From Pseudobdellovibrionaceae bacterium (GTDB taxonomy: Bacteria; Bdellovibrionota; Bdellovibrionia; Bdellovibrionales; Bdellovibrionaceae): a DNA stretch of 64,000 nucleotides. Both the position numbers and the translations under genes were made by a program. Position 1 is the stretch's first letter. Every line of letters begins with the position of its first letter. The notes beneath the pieces were generated by a model, which ran no database searches, was not told the DNA's origin, and was given only the letters and a program-made list of their open reading frames with translations. Of the stretch, positions 27,662 to 36,831 are shown one piece after another. The stretch lies in NCBI GenBank assembly GCA_016785955.1, contig JAEUWH010000086.1:13561-77560 (forward strand). Reading direction: 5' to 3'.

Positions 27662-29050
27662 CAACGAAACGGCGTTCTCAGTTTTCATACCGCGAGAACC
27701 TTTGATGGCAATTATATCACCGGGGCGATAGTCAGCCTTTAGTTTATTAATTAATTGATCGTCCATTTTCTCGGATGCCCAGACCTGCACTTTTGAGTTA
27801 CCAACAAAGGCCTCTTTAAATTTTTTCCATGATGGCCCGTAGAAAATCACTTGGTCATACGCGAGCTCATTTATTTTTTTTGCCAAATCATAGTGAAATT
27901 CTCCTCGCGTCTCTCCAAGCTCGAGCATCTCACCCAAAATTAAAACTCGCTTTCCTAGAATGGGCGTTTGCGAAATATTCTGCACTAAGCTTAGCATAGA
28001 ATCGGGATTCGCATTGTAACCATCAAAAATAACTTGGGCACCACTGTCTGCCTTCAACAATTGATTACGCCCCCAATTAGTCTTGAGATAACCCAACCGA
28101 CTCCAAATATCTGCCGGTTTCATCTGGGCCGCCATGGCCAGCGCGGACGCCGCTAATATATTAGTGATATTATGCTGGCCAAATACCGGAACCAACGCTT
28201 CGCCAAAGTGTTGTAGAATATGCCCTTCGACATATAAACCCTCGGCCGCCACTTTCTTTATTCTCATAAAAACATGGGCATCCCGATCTTCGGCCGAAAA
28301 CTCAAAGATTTGACTGCGGCCGGTAAATTGATCACGCATTTTTCGCGTATGAGGATCATCGATATTAAAAATACGAATAGTATTAGCTTTCGAGTGTTGA
28401 TAAATCTCAAATTTGGCCCTCGCAATATTCTCTTGTGAACCAAAATGTTCGAAATGAGCCCGCCCCACCATAGTACATACCACAATATCGGGATCAGCGA
28501 TTTCTACAAGTCGCTGAATTTCTCCGTAATTGTTCATGCCCATCTCGATCACACCAAACTGATCGGTAGTACGCATATTTAACAAAGAAAATGGTACCCC
28601 CCAATGGTTGTTAAGCGAACCTTTGCTGGCATAGGTAGGCTGGTAGAAGTTTAAAATTTGATGTGCAAATTCCTTTGCGGTCGTTTTACCTGCCGAACCC
28701 GTAATAGCTAAAATTGTTTTATTCAGCTTTTTTCGATACCCTTGCGCCAAACTTTGCAACGCCGATAACGTGTCCTCCACTTCAATCAACGTCACGGGTA
28801 CGCTCTTGTCCAGACTTAATGACGCTTTAGATTTTCGATCGTAGATAATTCCTGCGCAACCGTTTTCAATCGCCTTGTGGATAAACTGATGACCATCAAA
28901 ACTATCTCCACGCAAAGGTACAAATAGTTTTCCTGTCAGATCAACGCGTGAATCCGTGCCAATAAAATCAAATTGTTCGCTATTTTTAAGAATCAATGTT
29001 CCTTTAGTCCAATGTACAACATCTTCTAATTTCAAAAGTTCATTTTGCAT
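27629..29050 (-). CDS. murF: UDP-N-acetylmuramoyl-tripeptide--D-alanyl-D-alanine ligase
   Basis: ITGSAGKTTAKEF, DGYNANPDS and its position after murE. Confidence 0.92.
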   Translation of the reverse strand: MQNELLKLEDVVHWTKGTLILKNSEQFDFIGTDSRVDLTGKLFVPLRGDSFDGHQFIHKAIENGCAGIIYDRKSKASLSLDKSVPVTLIEVEDTLSALQSLAQGYRKKLNKTILAITGSAGKTTAKEFAHQILNFYQPTYASKGSLNNHWGVPFSLLNMRTTDQFGVIEMGMNNYGEIQRLVEIADPDIVVCTMVGRAHFEHFGSQENIARAKFEIYQHSKANTIRIFNIDDPHTRKMRDQFTGRSQIFEFSAEDRDAHVFMRIKKVAAEGLYVEGHILQHFGEALVPVFGQHNITNILAASALAMAAQMKPADIWSRLGYLKTNWGRNQLLKADSGAQVIFDGYNANPDSMLSLVQNISQTPILGKRVLILGEMLELGETRGEFHYDLAKKINELAYDQVIFYGPSWKKFKEAFVGNSKVQVWASEKMDDQLINKLKADYRPGDIIAIKGSRGMKTENAVSLLVQAFSHEKI

Positions 29051-30536
29051 GTCTTACTACCTCTTTGTAGTCGTCAAATGGACGCTTTTTAGTACCGACA
29101 ATCTGATACGTCTCATGACCCTTGCCTAGAATCAAAACCACATCTCCGTCCCTAGAAATCTCCATCGCTTTTTGGATCGCTAACGAACGATCCAATACAA
29201 AAAATTTATCCTGCGAACTGTTAAATCCTCTTTTTATTTGCTCAATAATTACCTGGGGGTCTTCCGTCCTAGGGTTATCGGATGTAACGATCACACAATC
29301 AGATTTTTCTTCCGCAATTTTTCCCATGATTGGTCGCTTAGTGACATCACGATCACCACCACAACCAAATACTGTGATGATTCGATTTTTTGATTGAAGT
29401 TCCATCCGAAGCTCACGAACTGTATCTATAGTTTTGGCAACAGCGTCGGGAGTATGTGCAAAATCAACAAATACATTTTTGTTTTTCAGTTCTTGAACTC
29501 GCTGCAATCGCCCTGGGATACCAGGAAATTTTTCAAATTTCTGGATCGCATCGGCTAAAGGAATTTTCAAGTACTGGCAAACAAATAACGTCGAAATGAA
29601 ATTATAGATATTATGTTCTCCCAACAGTGGAAACTTCATCGAAAATTCCTGGCCAAAATAGCCAATGTTGATTTTTTGAAATTCGAAACGTCGTTCTTTC
29701 ACTTCAAACCAAATAGGAAATTTTCTATTCTTTCCAAAAAAATATTTGGTGATCCCAGGCGCCGTTTTCAATTTCTGTCCGTACGGGTCATCACCATTTA
29801 TCAATGCAAACTTGTCCAGCTTGCCGGATTGAGCCAAAAGTTCCGTGAACAATTTCTCTTTTATTGAAAAATAGTTCTCCATTGTTCCATGATAGTCTAA
29901 ATGGTCCTGAGTCAAATTGGTGAAAATTCCTATATCAAAATTAATTGAATGCATTCGTTTCTGATCAATTCCATGACTCGTAATTTCCACCGCCGTTGCC
30001 TGCGCCCCCTGCCTTTTAAAATCCCGAAAACGACTATGCACTGTCCACGGATCCGGAGTTGTATGATTTGTGGGCCATATTTTTTTTGCTACGCGGTGAT
30101 TAACAGTTCCAATAATTCCAGTTTTTATTTTTTGGGATTGCAAAAGATATTCGATGATAAATGTCGTAGACGTTTTTCCATTAGTACCCGTAATACCTAT
30201 GTTAAACAAACGCTCGTCATTACGGCCGAAAAACAAAGAACACATTTTTTCATAATAGCGACGGGTATCTTTTACCACAATGTATGGCACAGATTTAATT
30301 TGAAAAGCATATGTTTCGCTTTCAATAATAACAAGAACCGCACCCTTTTTTATCGCCTCTGTAATAAACAGATGACCATCGACAGAATTGCCTTTAATCG
30401 CAAAAAATACACATGACTTCACGGCCCTACTAGAAGAATCCACCAACTGACTGATCTTAACAGCCTTTGTACGTGATCTTTTTGGATATATAACCGACTG
30501 TGGAGGAAAAAAATCAATAAATTCAGCCAATTTCAT
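29040..30536 (-). CDS. murE: UDP-N-acetylmuramoyl-L-alanyl-D-glutamate--2,6-diaminopimelate ligase
   Basis: GITGTNGKTSTTFI, DFAHTPDA, GCGGDRD, SDNPRTEDP and GKGHE. Confidence 0.92.
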   Translation of the reverse strand: MKLAEFIDFFPPQSVIYPKRSRTKAVKISQLVDSSSRAVKSCVFFAIKGNSVDGHLFITEAIKKGAVLVIIESETYAFQIKSVPYIVVKDTRRYYEKMCSLFFGRNDERLFNIGITGTNGKTSTTFIIEYLLQSQKIKTGIIGTVNHRVAKKIWPTNHTTPDPWTVHSRFRDFKRQGAQATAVEITSHGIDQKRMHSINFDIGIFTNLTQDHLDYHGTMENYFSIKEKLFTELLAQSGKLDKFALINGDDPYGQKLKTAPGITKYFFGKNRKFPIWFEVKERRFEFQKINIGYFGQEFSMKFPLLGEHNIYNFISTLFVCQYLKIPLADAIQKFEKFPGIPGRLQRVQELKNKNVFVDFAHTPDAVAKTIDTVRELRMELQSKNRIITVFGCGGDRDVTKRPIMGKIAEEKSDCVIVTSDNPRTEDPQVIIEQIKRGFNSSQDKFFVLDRSLAIQKAMEISRDGDVVLILGKGHETYQIVGTKKRPFDDYKEVVRHAK

Positions 30537-30565
30537 CTTTATACAATAATCGTTTTAATGATAAG

Positions 30566-31249
30566 ATGTCCATCATGAATCTATTTGAACGAAATGCAGT
30601 TGAAGTTTTTGAAGATGATAAAAATCCTAATATCATTCTGTTTCATGGTTACGGTGCTGACGCACAAGATCTGGCACCACTTTCACAAGTTATTCGCACC
30701 AAACACAAATGTAATTGGTTTTTCCCCCAAGGACCTTTAGATATTCCACTAGGTGCCCATTGGATCGGAAAGGCCTGGTGGCCAATTGCCATTGATCGCT
30801 ATCAATCTGCTGGCGCGGAATTGGATACCTCCACGGAAGTTCCTAAAGGCATTGAAAAATTAAGGACTGAGTTTCAAAAATGGCTGGACCTAAAAAAGTT
30901 AGATCCTAAAAAAACTTTAGTCGCGGGGTTCAGTCAAGGTGGTATGCTGGCCTCAGATCTATTTTTCACATTTCCTAAAAATTTTCGCGCGCTTGGATTA
31001 CTATCAACCAATCTCATAAACAAAGCCTATTTAAAAATATTACCCACAGATGATATAAAAGGAAAAATGGCGTTTATAAGTCATGGTCATTCGGACCCCG
31101 TATTACCAATTAGTGGCGCCAGGGCTTTAGAAAGTTTCCTAAATCAAGCTGGACTTAAGGCCAAAACCATATTCTTTAATGGAGGTCACGAAATACCACC
31201 TCTTGTATTGTCACAGTTTGGTCAATTTATCGACCAAACTCTAGACTAA
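30566..31249 (+). CDS. Alpha/beta hydrolase, phospholipase/carboxylesterase family
   Basis: ILFHGYGAD, nucleophile elbow GFSQGGMLA, HGHSDPVLP and GGHEI. Confidence 0.8.
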   Translation: MSIMNLFERNAVEVFEDDKNPNIILFHGYGADAQDLAPLSQVIRTKHKCNWFFPQGPLDIPLGAHWIGKAWWPIAIDRYQSAGAELDTSTEVPKGIEKLRTEFQKWLDLKKLDPKKTLVAGFSQGGMLASDLFFTFPKNFRALGLLSTNLINKAYLKILPTDDIKGKMAFISHGHSDPVLPISGARALESFLNQAGLKAKTIFFNGGHEIPPLVLSQFGQFIDQTLD

Positions 31250-31292
31250 CGAGATATCATCTAATTGGCTTAGGATCCGATGCAATATTGAA

Positions 31293-32474
31293 ATGAAATT
31301 TCAGAAGCTGGGTAAATACACACTATTAGAGCTGATTTCTGCCAATACATCGACAGAAGTCTATTTAGCGGTCGGTAATGAGGCCGACGGCATTCACAAC
31401 TTTATAGCAATCAAACAATTTCCTAAAGCCTCTTCTAGCAATGAAGAGTATGTAAATAACTTTCTTAAGAATGCGCGAATTTTTTCGCATCTAGAACATC
31501 CAAATATTGTGAATATAAAAGACTTCGGCAATGAACAATCAAATTTATTTTTTGCTATGGAATACGTTCACGGCAAAACCCTGCTTCAAATAGTCCAAGC
31601 CCTAGAGAAAGACAATCGCCAACTACCGACCGAACATGTCGCACATATTATCCGAGAAATCGCCAAGGGTTTAGACTATATCCACATGGCCTCGACCTCA
31701 GAATCAGAGATACCCCTAAACATCATTCATCACCAAGTCTATCCACAAAATATTCTCGTGGGCTACAATGGTGAAATAAAAATATTTGATTTTGGAATTC
31801 CCAAACCAGAAAAGACGGATTCAGAAATTGTCGATGCCCACAAAAAAAAGTTGGGCTATCTGAGCCCCGAAGAAATTAGAAAAGACCCCATAGACTACCG
31901 CATAGATATCTACGCCCTGGGCGTGATCGCCTGGGAATTACTGGCAAACCGAAAGCTTTTTCAAACTGAAAATGGATTTGAAATCATGAAAAAGACTAAG
32001 GATGGAGATATCCCCGACATCACTCCATTTCTGGACCCCAAGTATGCAGAACTAGCAAGCATTGTAAATGTTTGCTTAGCCACTGATCGAGAACTTCGAT
32101 ACCAAACCGGCCAACATATTGCCGATGAACTCGAAGCATTCATGAAAAACCACTTTCCTGAATATAGTCAACACGTATTTTCCGAATACATAAAAAGCTT
32201 GTTTTTCTACTATCACGAAAAGTCTTCAGAAAAATTAGACAATTTCACGCGCTCTGTTTTTGGATCAATTGATAACACCGAGTATACACCCGAGAAAGAA
32301 AGTAAACTAACCGAGTCAGTAATTATTGCAAATCCTGTTGGCCCCTTGAAAGTTATTTCTCTTAAGGACATTCCCAGCAAAGAAAGAAAATGGTGGGAAT
32401 ATGGCATCGGTATAGCAGTTACCTTGATTTTCATTTTTATTGTTAGAATAATTTTTGTAAATTATTTTCGTTAA
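31293..32474 (+). CDS. Hanks-type Ser/Thr kinase-like protein with degenerate catalytic motifs (predicted pseudokinase) and a C-terminal TM anchor
   Basis: AIK, HPNIV, DFG, SPE and DIYALGVIAWELL are retained. The G-loop lacks glycines (ELISANTSTEV). The alphaC Glu is replaced (FLKNARI). HRDLKPxN reads HHQVYPQN. The C-terminal TM is GIGIAVTLIFIFIVRIIFV. Confidence 0.75.
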   Translation: MKFQKLGKYTLLELISANTSTEVYLAVGNEADGIHNFIAIKQFPKASSSNEEYVNNFLKNARIFSHLEHPNIVNIKDFGNEQSNLFFAMEYVHGKTLLQIVQALEKDNRQLPTEHVAHIIREIAKGLDYIHMASTSESEIPLNIIHHQVYPQNILVGYNGEIKIFDFGIPKPEKTDSEIVDAHKKKLGYLSPEEIRKDPIDYRIDIYALGVIAWELLANRKLFQTENGFEIMKKTKDGDIPDITPFLDPKYAELASIVNVCLATDRELRYQTGQHIADELEAFMKNHFPEYSQHVFSEYIKSLFFYYHEKSSEKLDNFTRSVFGSIDNTEYTPEKESKLTESVIIANPVGPLKVISLKDIPSKERKWWEYGIGIAVTLIFIFIVRIIFVNYFR

Positions 32475-32476
32475 GC

Positions 32477-32489
32477 TAGGGCCTGTCCT
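32477..32489. repeat. 13-mer TAGGGCCTGTCCT at a convergent stop-stop junction (copy 1)
   Basis: Read directly. An identical 13-mer occurs at 46443..46455. Here it overlaps the ftsI stop codon. Confidence 0.9.
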
Positions 32490-34395
32490 AGTTGGATTTC
32501 AAATAGACACGAACTTTTTTAGTATTCGTCTCAACCTGTTCTTCCTCGGCCATGAAGTCCACTTTCGATCCCTTGCCAATGAATTCAATGTCATCATGCA
32601 GGTGAGGCGTTTTCAATAAATCACGCAAAGATAGAATTTTACTTTCAGCCACTGCTGAAGTTTCGTCCTTTTTACCTTTCGCGCTTGGCCTTACATTTTT
32701 TTCGAAACCGGCCACAAGATTTTTATCTGAAATCACATTGGGTACCATGCCATCTTTACGGGCCAGAAATGATGCGACTTTCGCAAATACCGGTGCTGCC
32801 ACCTGTGATCCGTAAAAAGACTTTTTCGGCGTATCGATCATAACATAGATGACGTACTTAGGTTCGTGAACGGGTATAAATCCTATAAAACTTGAAAGAT
32901 AGGCATTCGGTTCATAGCCGCGAAATTTCAGGCTGGCTTTCTGGGCGGTGCCGGTCTTACCACCAATCAAAAAACCAGGAACTCGGGCGTTCACACCAGT
33001 CCCTCCTTCATGAGTCACCGAGGACAACATCACTTTCAACAGGTCTGAAGTTTTTTTTGAAATCACACGTGTGGGTTCAGCACGCTCCAACTCGGTATAC
33101 TCTAGGGTTTCAGCATTTCGGCGTCCTTTTACTAGAAGAGGACGATTTAGCAATCCACCATTGACTAAGGCTGCAAACGAATTTGTCAGTTGAAGAGCGT
33201 TCACCGATAGACCTTGTCCAAACGAAATATTAGCCAGCAAATGGGAATTCCAAGGAGTCTCATGTAGAACGCCCTTGGACTCTCCGGGAAAATCTACCTG
33301 CGTTTTTTGGCCAATTCCAAAACGTATTAAACCGTCTCGCAACCTATCAGTTCCTAATTGAAATCCAATTTTTGCGATACCGATATTAGACGAAAATGCC
33401 AAAATTTCGGATGGGCTTAGATAGCCAAATTGATGATGCTGATCAGACTCTTTAATCCATCGATCCGCGACTTTCATTTTTCCGTTCTCACAGAAAATCT
33501 TTGAATTCGGCATAATCAAATTTTCTTCTAGACCTAAAGCCATCACAAATGGCTTTAGTGTTGAACCGGGCTCAAAAACATCCGTAATCGCCTTCTGCTT
33601 GACAAAATAATCTCGCCGACGCTGACTCTCTAACGAAACCATCGACCGAATTTCTGAAGTAGTTGCATCCAACACAATCCCGATGGCGCCTTCCCCATCA
33701 AACTTAGCTAATGTTTCTTTCATCTGGGTTTCAAAATAAAATTGCAAGTCCGTATCAATGGTCATAACCAGGTCATTACCCATTTGATTTTCTGTAACGA
33801 TCATCCCATCAATATTTAAAGGACGCCCTCGCGCATCGCGCTTGACGTTAACTTTTCCGTTGTCGCCTGAAATCCATTTGTCGTACCTAAGCTCCAAGCC
33901 TTCCAAGCCGTTGCCTTCTTGACCGACAATTCCGACAATCCCTTTATATAAATTTTCAAATGGATAAATCCGTTTCCACTCTTGGACATATGATATTCCA
34001 GCGAGTTCACTTGATTGGATGCGCGTAAGCTTGGCCTCGTCGATAAATCTTTGCAACCAGACAAAGCGCCTATTTCTGTCCTTGATTTTCATATAGATCG
34101 TTTCGTAGCCAACACCAAGATGCTTGCTCAACTGCCGAGCAGTCGCTTTCGGGGACTTGATCAGTTTTGGATCAGCATACACTGAATACGAAATTTGCGA
34201 CATCGCAATTTCACGTCTATCTTTGTCCAAAAAACTTCCGCGTTGTGAATTCAGTTTAATTCTAGTTTGATATTTTTTTTCTTGCAGATGAGTCAGTTTT
34301 TGATTTGGTAGCACCTGAATATATAAAGCACGAGACAAAACCAAGCACCAAACCAAGGCAAAGCACAAAAATATAATTATAATTCTAGTTTTCAA
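32488..34395 (-). CDS. ftsI: Penicillin-binding protein 3-type transpeptidase FtsI
   Basis: N-terminal TM, STLKPF (SxxK), SSN and KTGTA. The apparent TTG start overlaps the ftsL stop (TTGA). Confidence 0.9.
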   Translation of the reverse strand: MKTRIIIIFLCFALVWCLVLSRALYIQVLPNQKLTHLQEKKYQTRIKLNSQRGSFLDKDRREIAMSQISYSVYADPKLIKSPKATARQLSKHLGVGYETIYMKIKDRNRRFVWLQRFIDEAKLTRIQSSELAGISYVQEWKRIYPFENLYKGIVGIVGQEGNGLEGLELRYDKWISGDNGKVNVKRDARGRPLNIDGMIVTENQMGNDLVMTIDTDLQFYFETQMKETLAKFDGEGAIGIVLDATTSEIRSMVSLESQRRRDYFVKQKAITDVFEPGSTLKPFVMALGLEENLIMPNSKIFCENGKMKVADRWIKESDQHHQFGYLSPSEILAFSSNIGIAKIGFQLGTDRLRDGLIRFGIGQKTQVDFPGESKGVLHETPWNSHLLANISFGQGLSVNALQLTNSFAALVNGGLLNRPLLVKGRRNAETLEYTELERAEPTRVISKKTSDLLKVMLSSVTHEGGTGVNARVPGFLIGGKTGTAQKASLKFRGYEPNAYLSSFIGFIPVHEPKYVIYVMIDTPKKSFYGSQVAAPVFAKVASFLARKDGMVPNVISDKNLVAGFEKNVRPSAKGKKDETSAVAESKILSLRDLLKTPHLHDDIEFIGKGSKVDFMAEEEQVETNTKKVRVYLKSN

Positions 34396-34721
34396 TCGAA
34401 AGATTTTCCTTTTATGCCGGACTGAGGGGTCGGCGACGCCAAATGAATAATTTGATTCAACTCGGGACTGCGCAAAGTCAGCTTGTTTTTCGCAAAGGAC
34501 ATAATTTGTGATGGAATAGCCAACCGAGCCAACTCAATTTCTTTCACTTTACGTTCAATCTCAATTTTCTTATTTTGCTGTGAAAGATAGTAAATTTGAT
34601 ATCCCAACCGTCTTTCTTCCATATGTAAAAAAGCAATAAAGAATAACGTGCAAATCATTATTACAATGCTCAGGAAGGGTTTAATATCTTTACGATTTTT
34701 CTTAAAAAATGCCGAGTTCAT
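34392..34721 (-). CDS. ftsL: Cell division protein FtsL-like
   Basis: 109 aa with a single TM (FLSIVIMICTLFFIAFL) followed by a coiled coil. It lies between rsmH and ftsI. Confidence 0.75.
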   Translation of the reverse strand: MNSAFFKKNRKDIKPFLSIVIMICTLFFIAFLHMEERRLGYQIYYLSQQNKKIEIERKVKEIELARLAIPSQIMSFAKNKLTLRSPELNQIIHLASPTPQSGIKGKSFD

Positions 34722-34816
34722 CCATGACCTCTCTCTTTAAACTAAACATAGACCGGTCATAAGACAATAGCCGCTGGACCGTCTTTAGGTCGAGGCGACA
34801 GTAAACTGTATCGAGT

Positions 34817-35689
34817 TTAGGCTCTGACAAAAACTCGCAGTTTACCACTGCGACTGCGAGGATTGGCTAATTCTTCTTCACGAGTAGGATGAGTCACCTT
34901 ACGGCGCAGTGGTTCTCCTAATTCAGGATAAATACGAAACAAATTTTTTACAATTCGATCTTCCAAAGAATGAAAAGTAATAACGGCTAAACGCCCTCCG
35001 GGACGCAACTTGGCCATCAGCTTAGGCAAGACCTCGTCTACAACTTCAAGCTCTCGATTCACTTTCAGCCGAAGCGCCATAAAATATTGAGTCGCAGGGT
35101 GAAACCCTTTCCGCCGCCATCCGTCTACACGCTCGATCAAACCAGACAATTGTTTAGTCGAGGTAAACGGAGTCTCCTTGCGGTCCTCCAAAATGGCGCG
35201 CACAACACGAAACGGATTTGAAATTTCACCAAACGTCTTAAACAATACGACCAAATCATTTTCGCTCATTTGATTGACTAAGTCTGCCGCGGTAATGCCA
35301 GTTTGATTGTTCATCCGCATATCCAAAGGCCCATCATGGTAGAAACTGAAACCTCGAGAAGGTTCATCCAATTGTGGCGAACTGACCCCCAGATCAAGCA
35401 AAGCAAAGTCAATGGGACCATCGTAATGTTGTTCAAAATTAACAAAGTTATCCAGATAAAAAAGAAGCCTCTTTTCCTTTAGCAACTCACCGAAATGGGC
35501 CTGGGCAAAGGCATAGGCATCGGGGTCCTGATCAAACGCAATCGCCTGCATCCCGGGATTTTTCTCGAGAAGTAGACGAAAATGCCCACCTCGCCCAAAT
35601 GTTCCATCAACATACACGGTTTCTGTACGAGCATAAAAGGGTTCGAAAGCTGCGACGATTTCGTTGGAAAGGACAGGGATATGAATCAT
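34817..35689 (-). CDS. rsmH: 16S rRNA (cytosine1402-N4)-methyltransferase RsmH (MraW)
   Basis: HIPVL, DGTFGRGGH, LLDLGVSSPQLD and SLEDR. I prefer the ATG at 35689 over the GTG at 35695. Confidence 0.92.
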   Translation of the reverse strand: MIHIPVLSNEIVAAFEPFYARTETVYVDGTFGRGGHFRLLLEKNPGMQAIAFDQDPDAYAFAQAHFGELLKEKRLLFYLDNFVNFEQHYDGPIDFALLDLGVSSPQLDEPSRGFSFYHDGPLDMRMNNQTGITAADLVNQMSENDLVVLFKTFGEISNPFRVVRAILEDRKETPFTSTKQLSGLIERVDGWRRKGFHPATQYFMALRLKVNRELEVVDEVLPKLMAKLRPGGRLAVITFHSLEDRIVKNLFRIYPELGEPLRRKVTHPTREEELANPRSRSGKLRVFVRA

Positions 35690-35748
35690 TTCCACAAACT
35701 AAGAATTTTTTAATTGTGCGTCAATGGCTATTCTCTTATCCTGTAACT

Positions 35749-36798
35749 ATGCTAGTGAGATGTCCAAAATGTCATTTTGAACAACCCCAAGATCCTTTCT
35801 GTGCCAAATGCGGAATCGATATGGCGTCTTATAAGCCTCCCGCAGATACACTGTTTGGAAAAATTTTTAAAAATGCGACGGCGTTATTTTTTATTGTGAT
35901 TGTCAGCCTTTTCGCCGGAACATTTTTCTTTTTTAAATCCAACCAAAGTCAAATGGAAGACCCATTGCAAAATAGCAAGCGCTTTGGCCTGTCCCAGCGT
36001 CAGTACATTAATGATCACGTCGCCGAGATTGAAGTAACTGGCGGGGAAAAACACAGCGCTGTTTCCGAAGGTTTAACCGATGCCTCATCTAGCACACATA
36101 CAACCACTGACGGCACCCCTTCAGCAAAAGCCATAAAAGATCAATCAGCTGATGAAATTCGTGAAAACCTTGAAAACCAACTTTTCCGTAAAGAGTCTGC
36201 GGCTGGCGCCGAAACGAATCAAACTCAGAGCTTCGAACTTCACGTTTATTTTGCAGAAGTGTCATCAAAAGGCTTAGAAATGCTTTATCAAGAGTCTCGA
36301 GTCAGCGGTCAAATGGCCCACACTGATTTCGCTCAAGGCGTTGTAAATATGCCGATGACCAAAATTCTTTCTTACCGAGATGATTTCAGCGTTTACGCCG
36401 AACTTTCCAAGCCACTTGAAAAGAATAAACCCTTGGATTGGTTCCAAGGCCTTAAAAGCGCAGGTCCCGAAGGCGACATTGGGTTAAACTACACGATTGT
36501 CATCAAAGACAGCCCCAACGGACGCGAACAACTGGAAGTCAAAATTTCAAAACGTTACCAATTAAATGCTGCAGAAGGTGGGACTAAAAGCTTTCAAAAT
36601 ATCGACTATATCGGTGGCGGCGAACTCGAGGGACATCGCGGTCAAACGTATTTTGTTGCTGAAATACTTTCAAAATTTCCGATGACCTCGCAACAAGAGT
36701 ATTTAATGGCCCTTAGTCCTTTTGAAATTTACAAATCTCAAAATTTCCTAAACGGAAAAACTTTCTCAGTGTTTTTTTACACTATTGAAAATAAATAG
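35749..36798 (+). CDS. Zinc-ribbon plus single-TM protein, function unknown
   Basis: The ATG at 35749 gives MLVRCPKCHFEQPQDPFCAKCG followed by a TM. The upstream part of the ORF-track model is antisense to rsmH. Confidence 0.6.
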   Translation: MLVRCPKCHFEQPQDPFCAKCGIDMASYKPPADTLFGKIFKNATALFFIVIVSLFAGTFFFFKSNQSQMEDPLQNSKRFGLSQRQYINDHVAEIEVTGGEKHSAVSEGLTDASSSTHTTTDGTPSAKAIKDQSADEIRENLENQLFRKESAAGAETNQTQSFELHVYFAEVSSKGLEMLYQESRVSGQMAHTDFAQGVVNMPMTKILSYRDDFSVYAELSKPLEKNKPLDWFQGLKSAGPEGDIGLNYTIVIKDSPNGREQLEVKISKRYQLNAAEGGTKSFQNIDYIGGGELEGHRGQTYFVAEILSKFPMTSQQEYLMALSPFEIYKSQNFLNGKTFSVFFYTIENK

Positions 36799-36831
36799 AC
36801 TTGCCGAACTCCGACCGCTAAAACATCCCCC

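Noticed and set aside
29949-30416. A 155-aa plus-strand ORF antisense to murE, and similar antisense ORFs in murE, murF, ftsI, cpoB and dsbD.
   Set aside because: These are shadow ORFs inside well-supported genes, with no RBS and no recognisable motifs.
35599-35748. A 50-codon extension of ORF 35599..36798 overlapping rsmH on the opposite strand.
   Set aside because: It has an Arg-rich non-coding-like composition. The ATG at 35749 starts exactly at the zinc-ribbon motif.
35985-35996. A third partial copy (GGCCTGTCC) of the 13-mer junction motif inside CDS 35749..36798.
   Set aside because: Only 9 of 13 nt match and it is inside a gene. That is compatible with chance.
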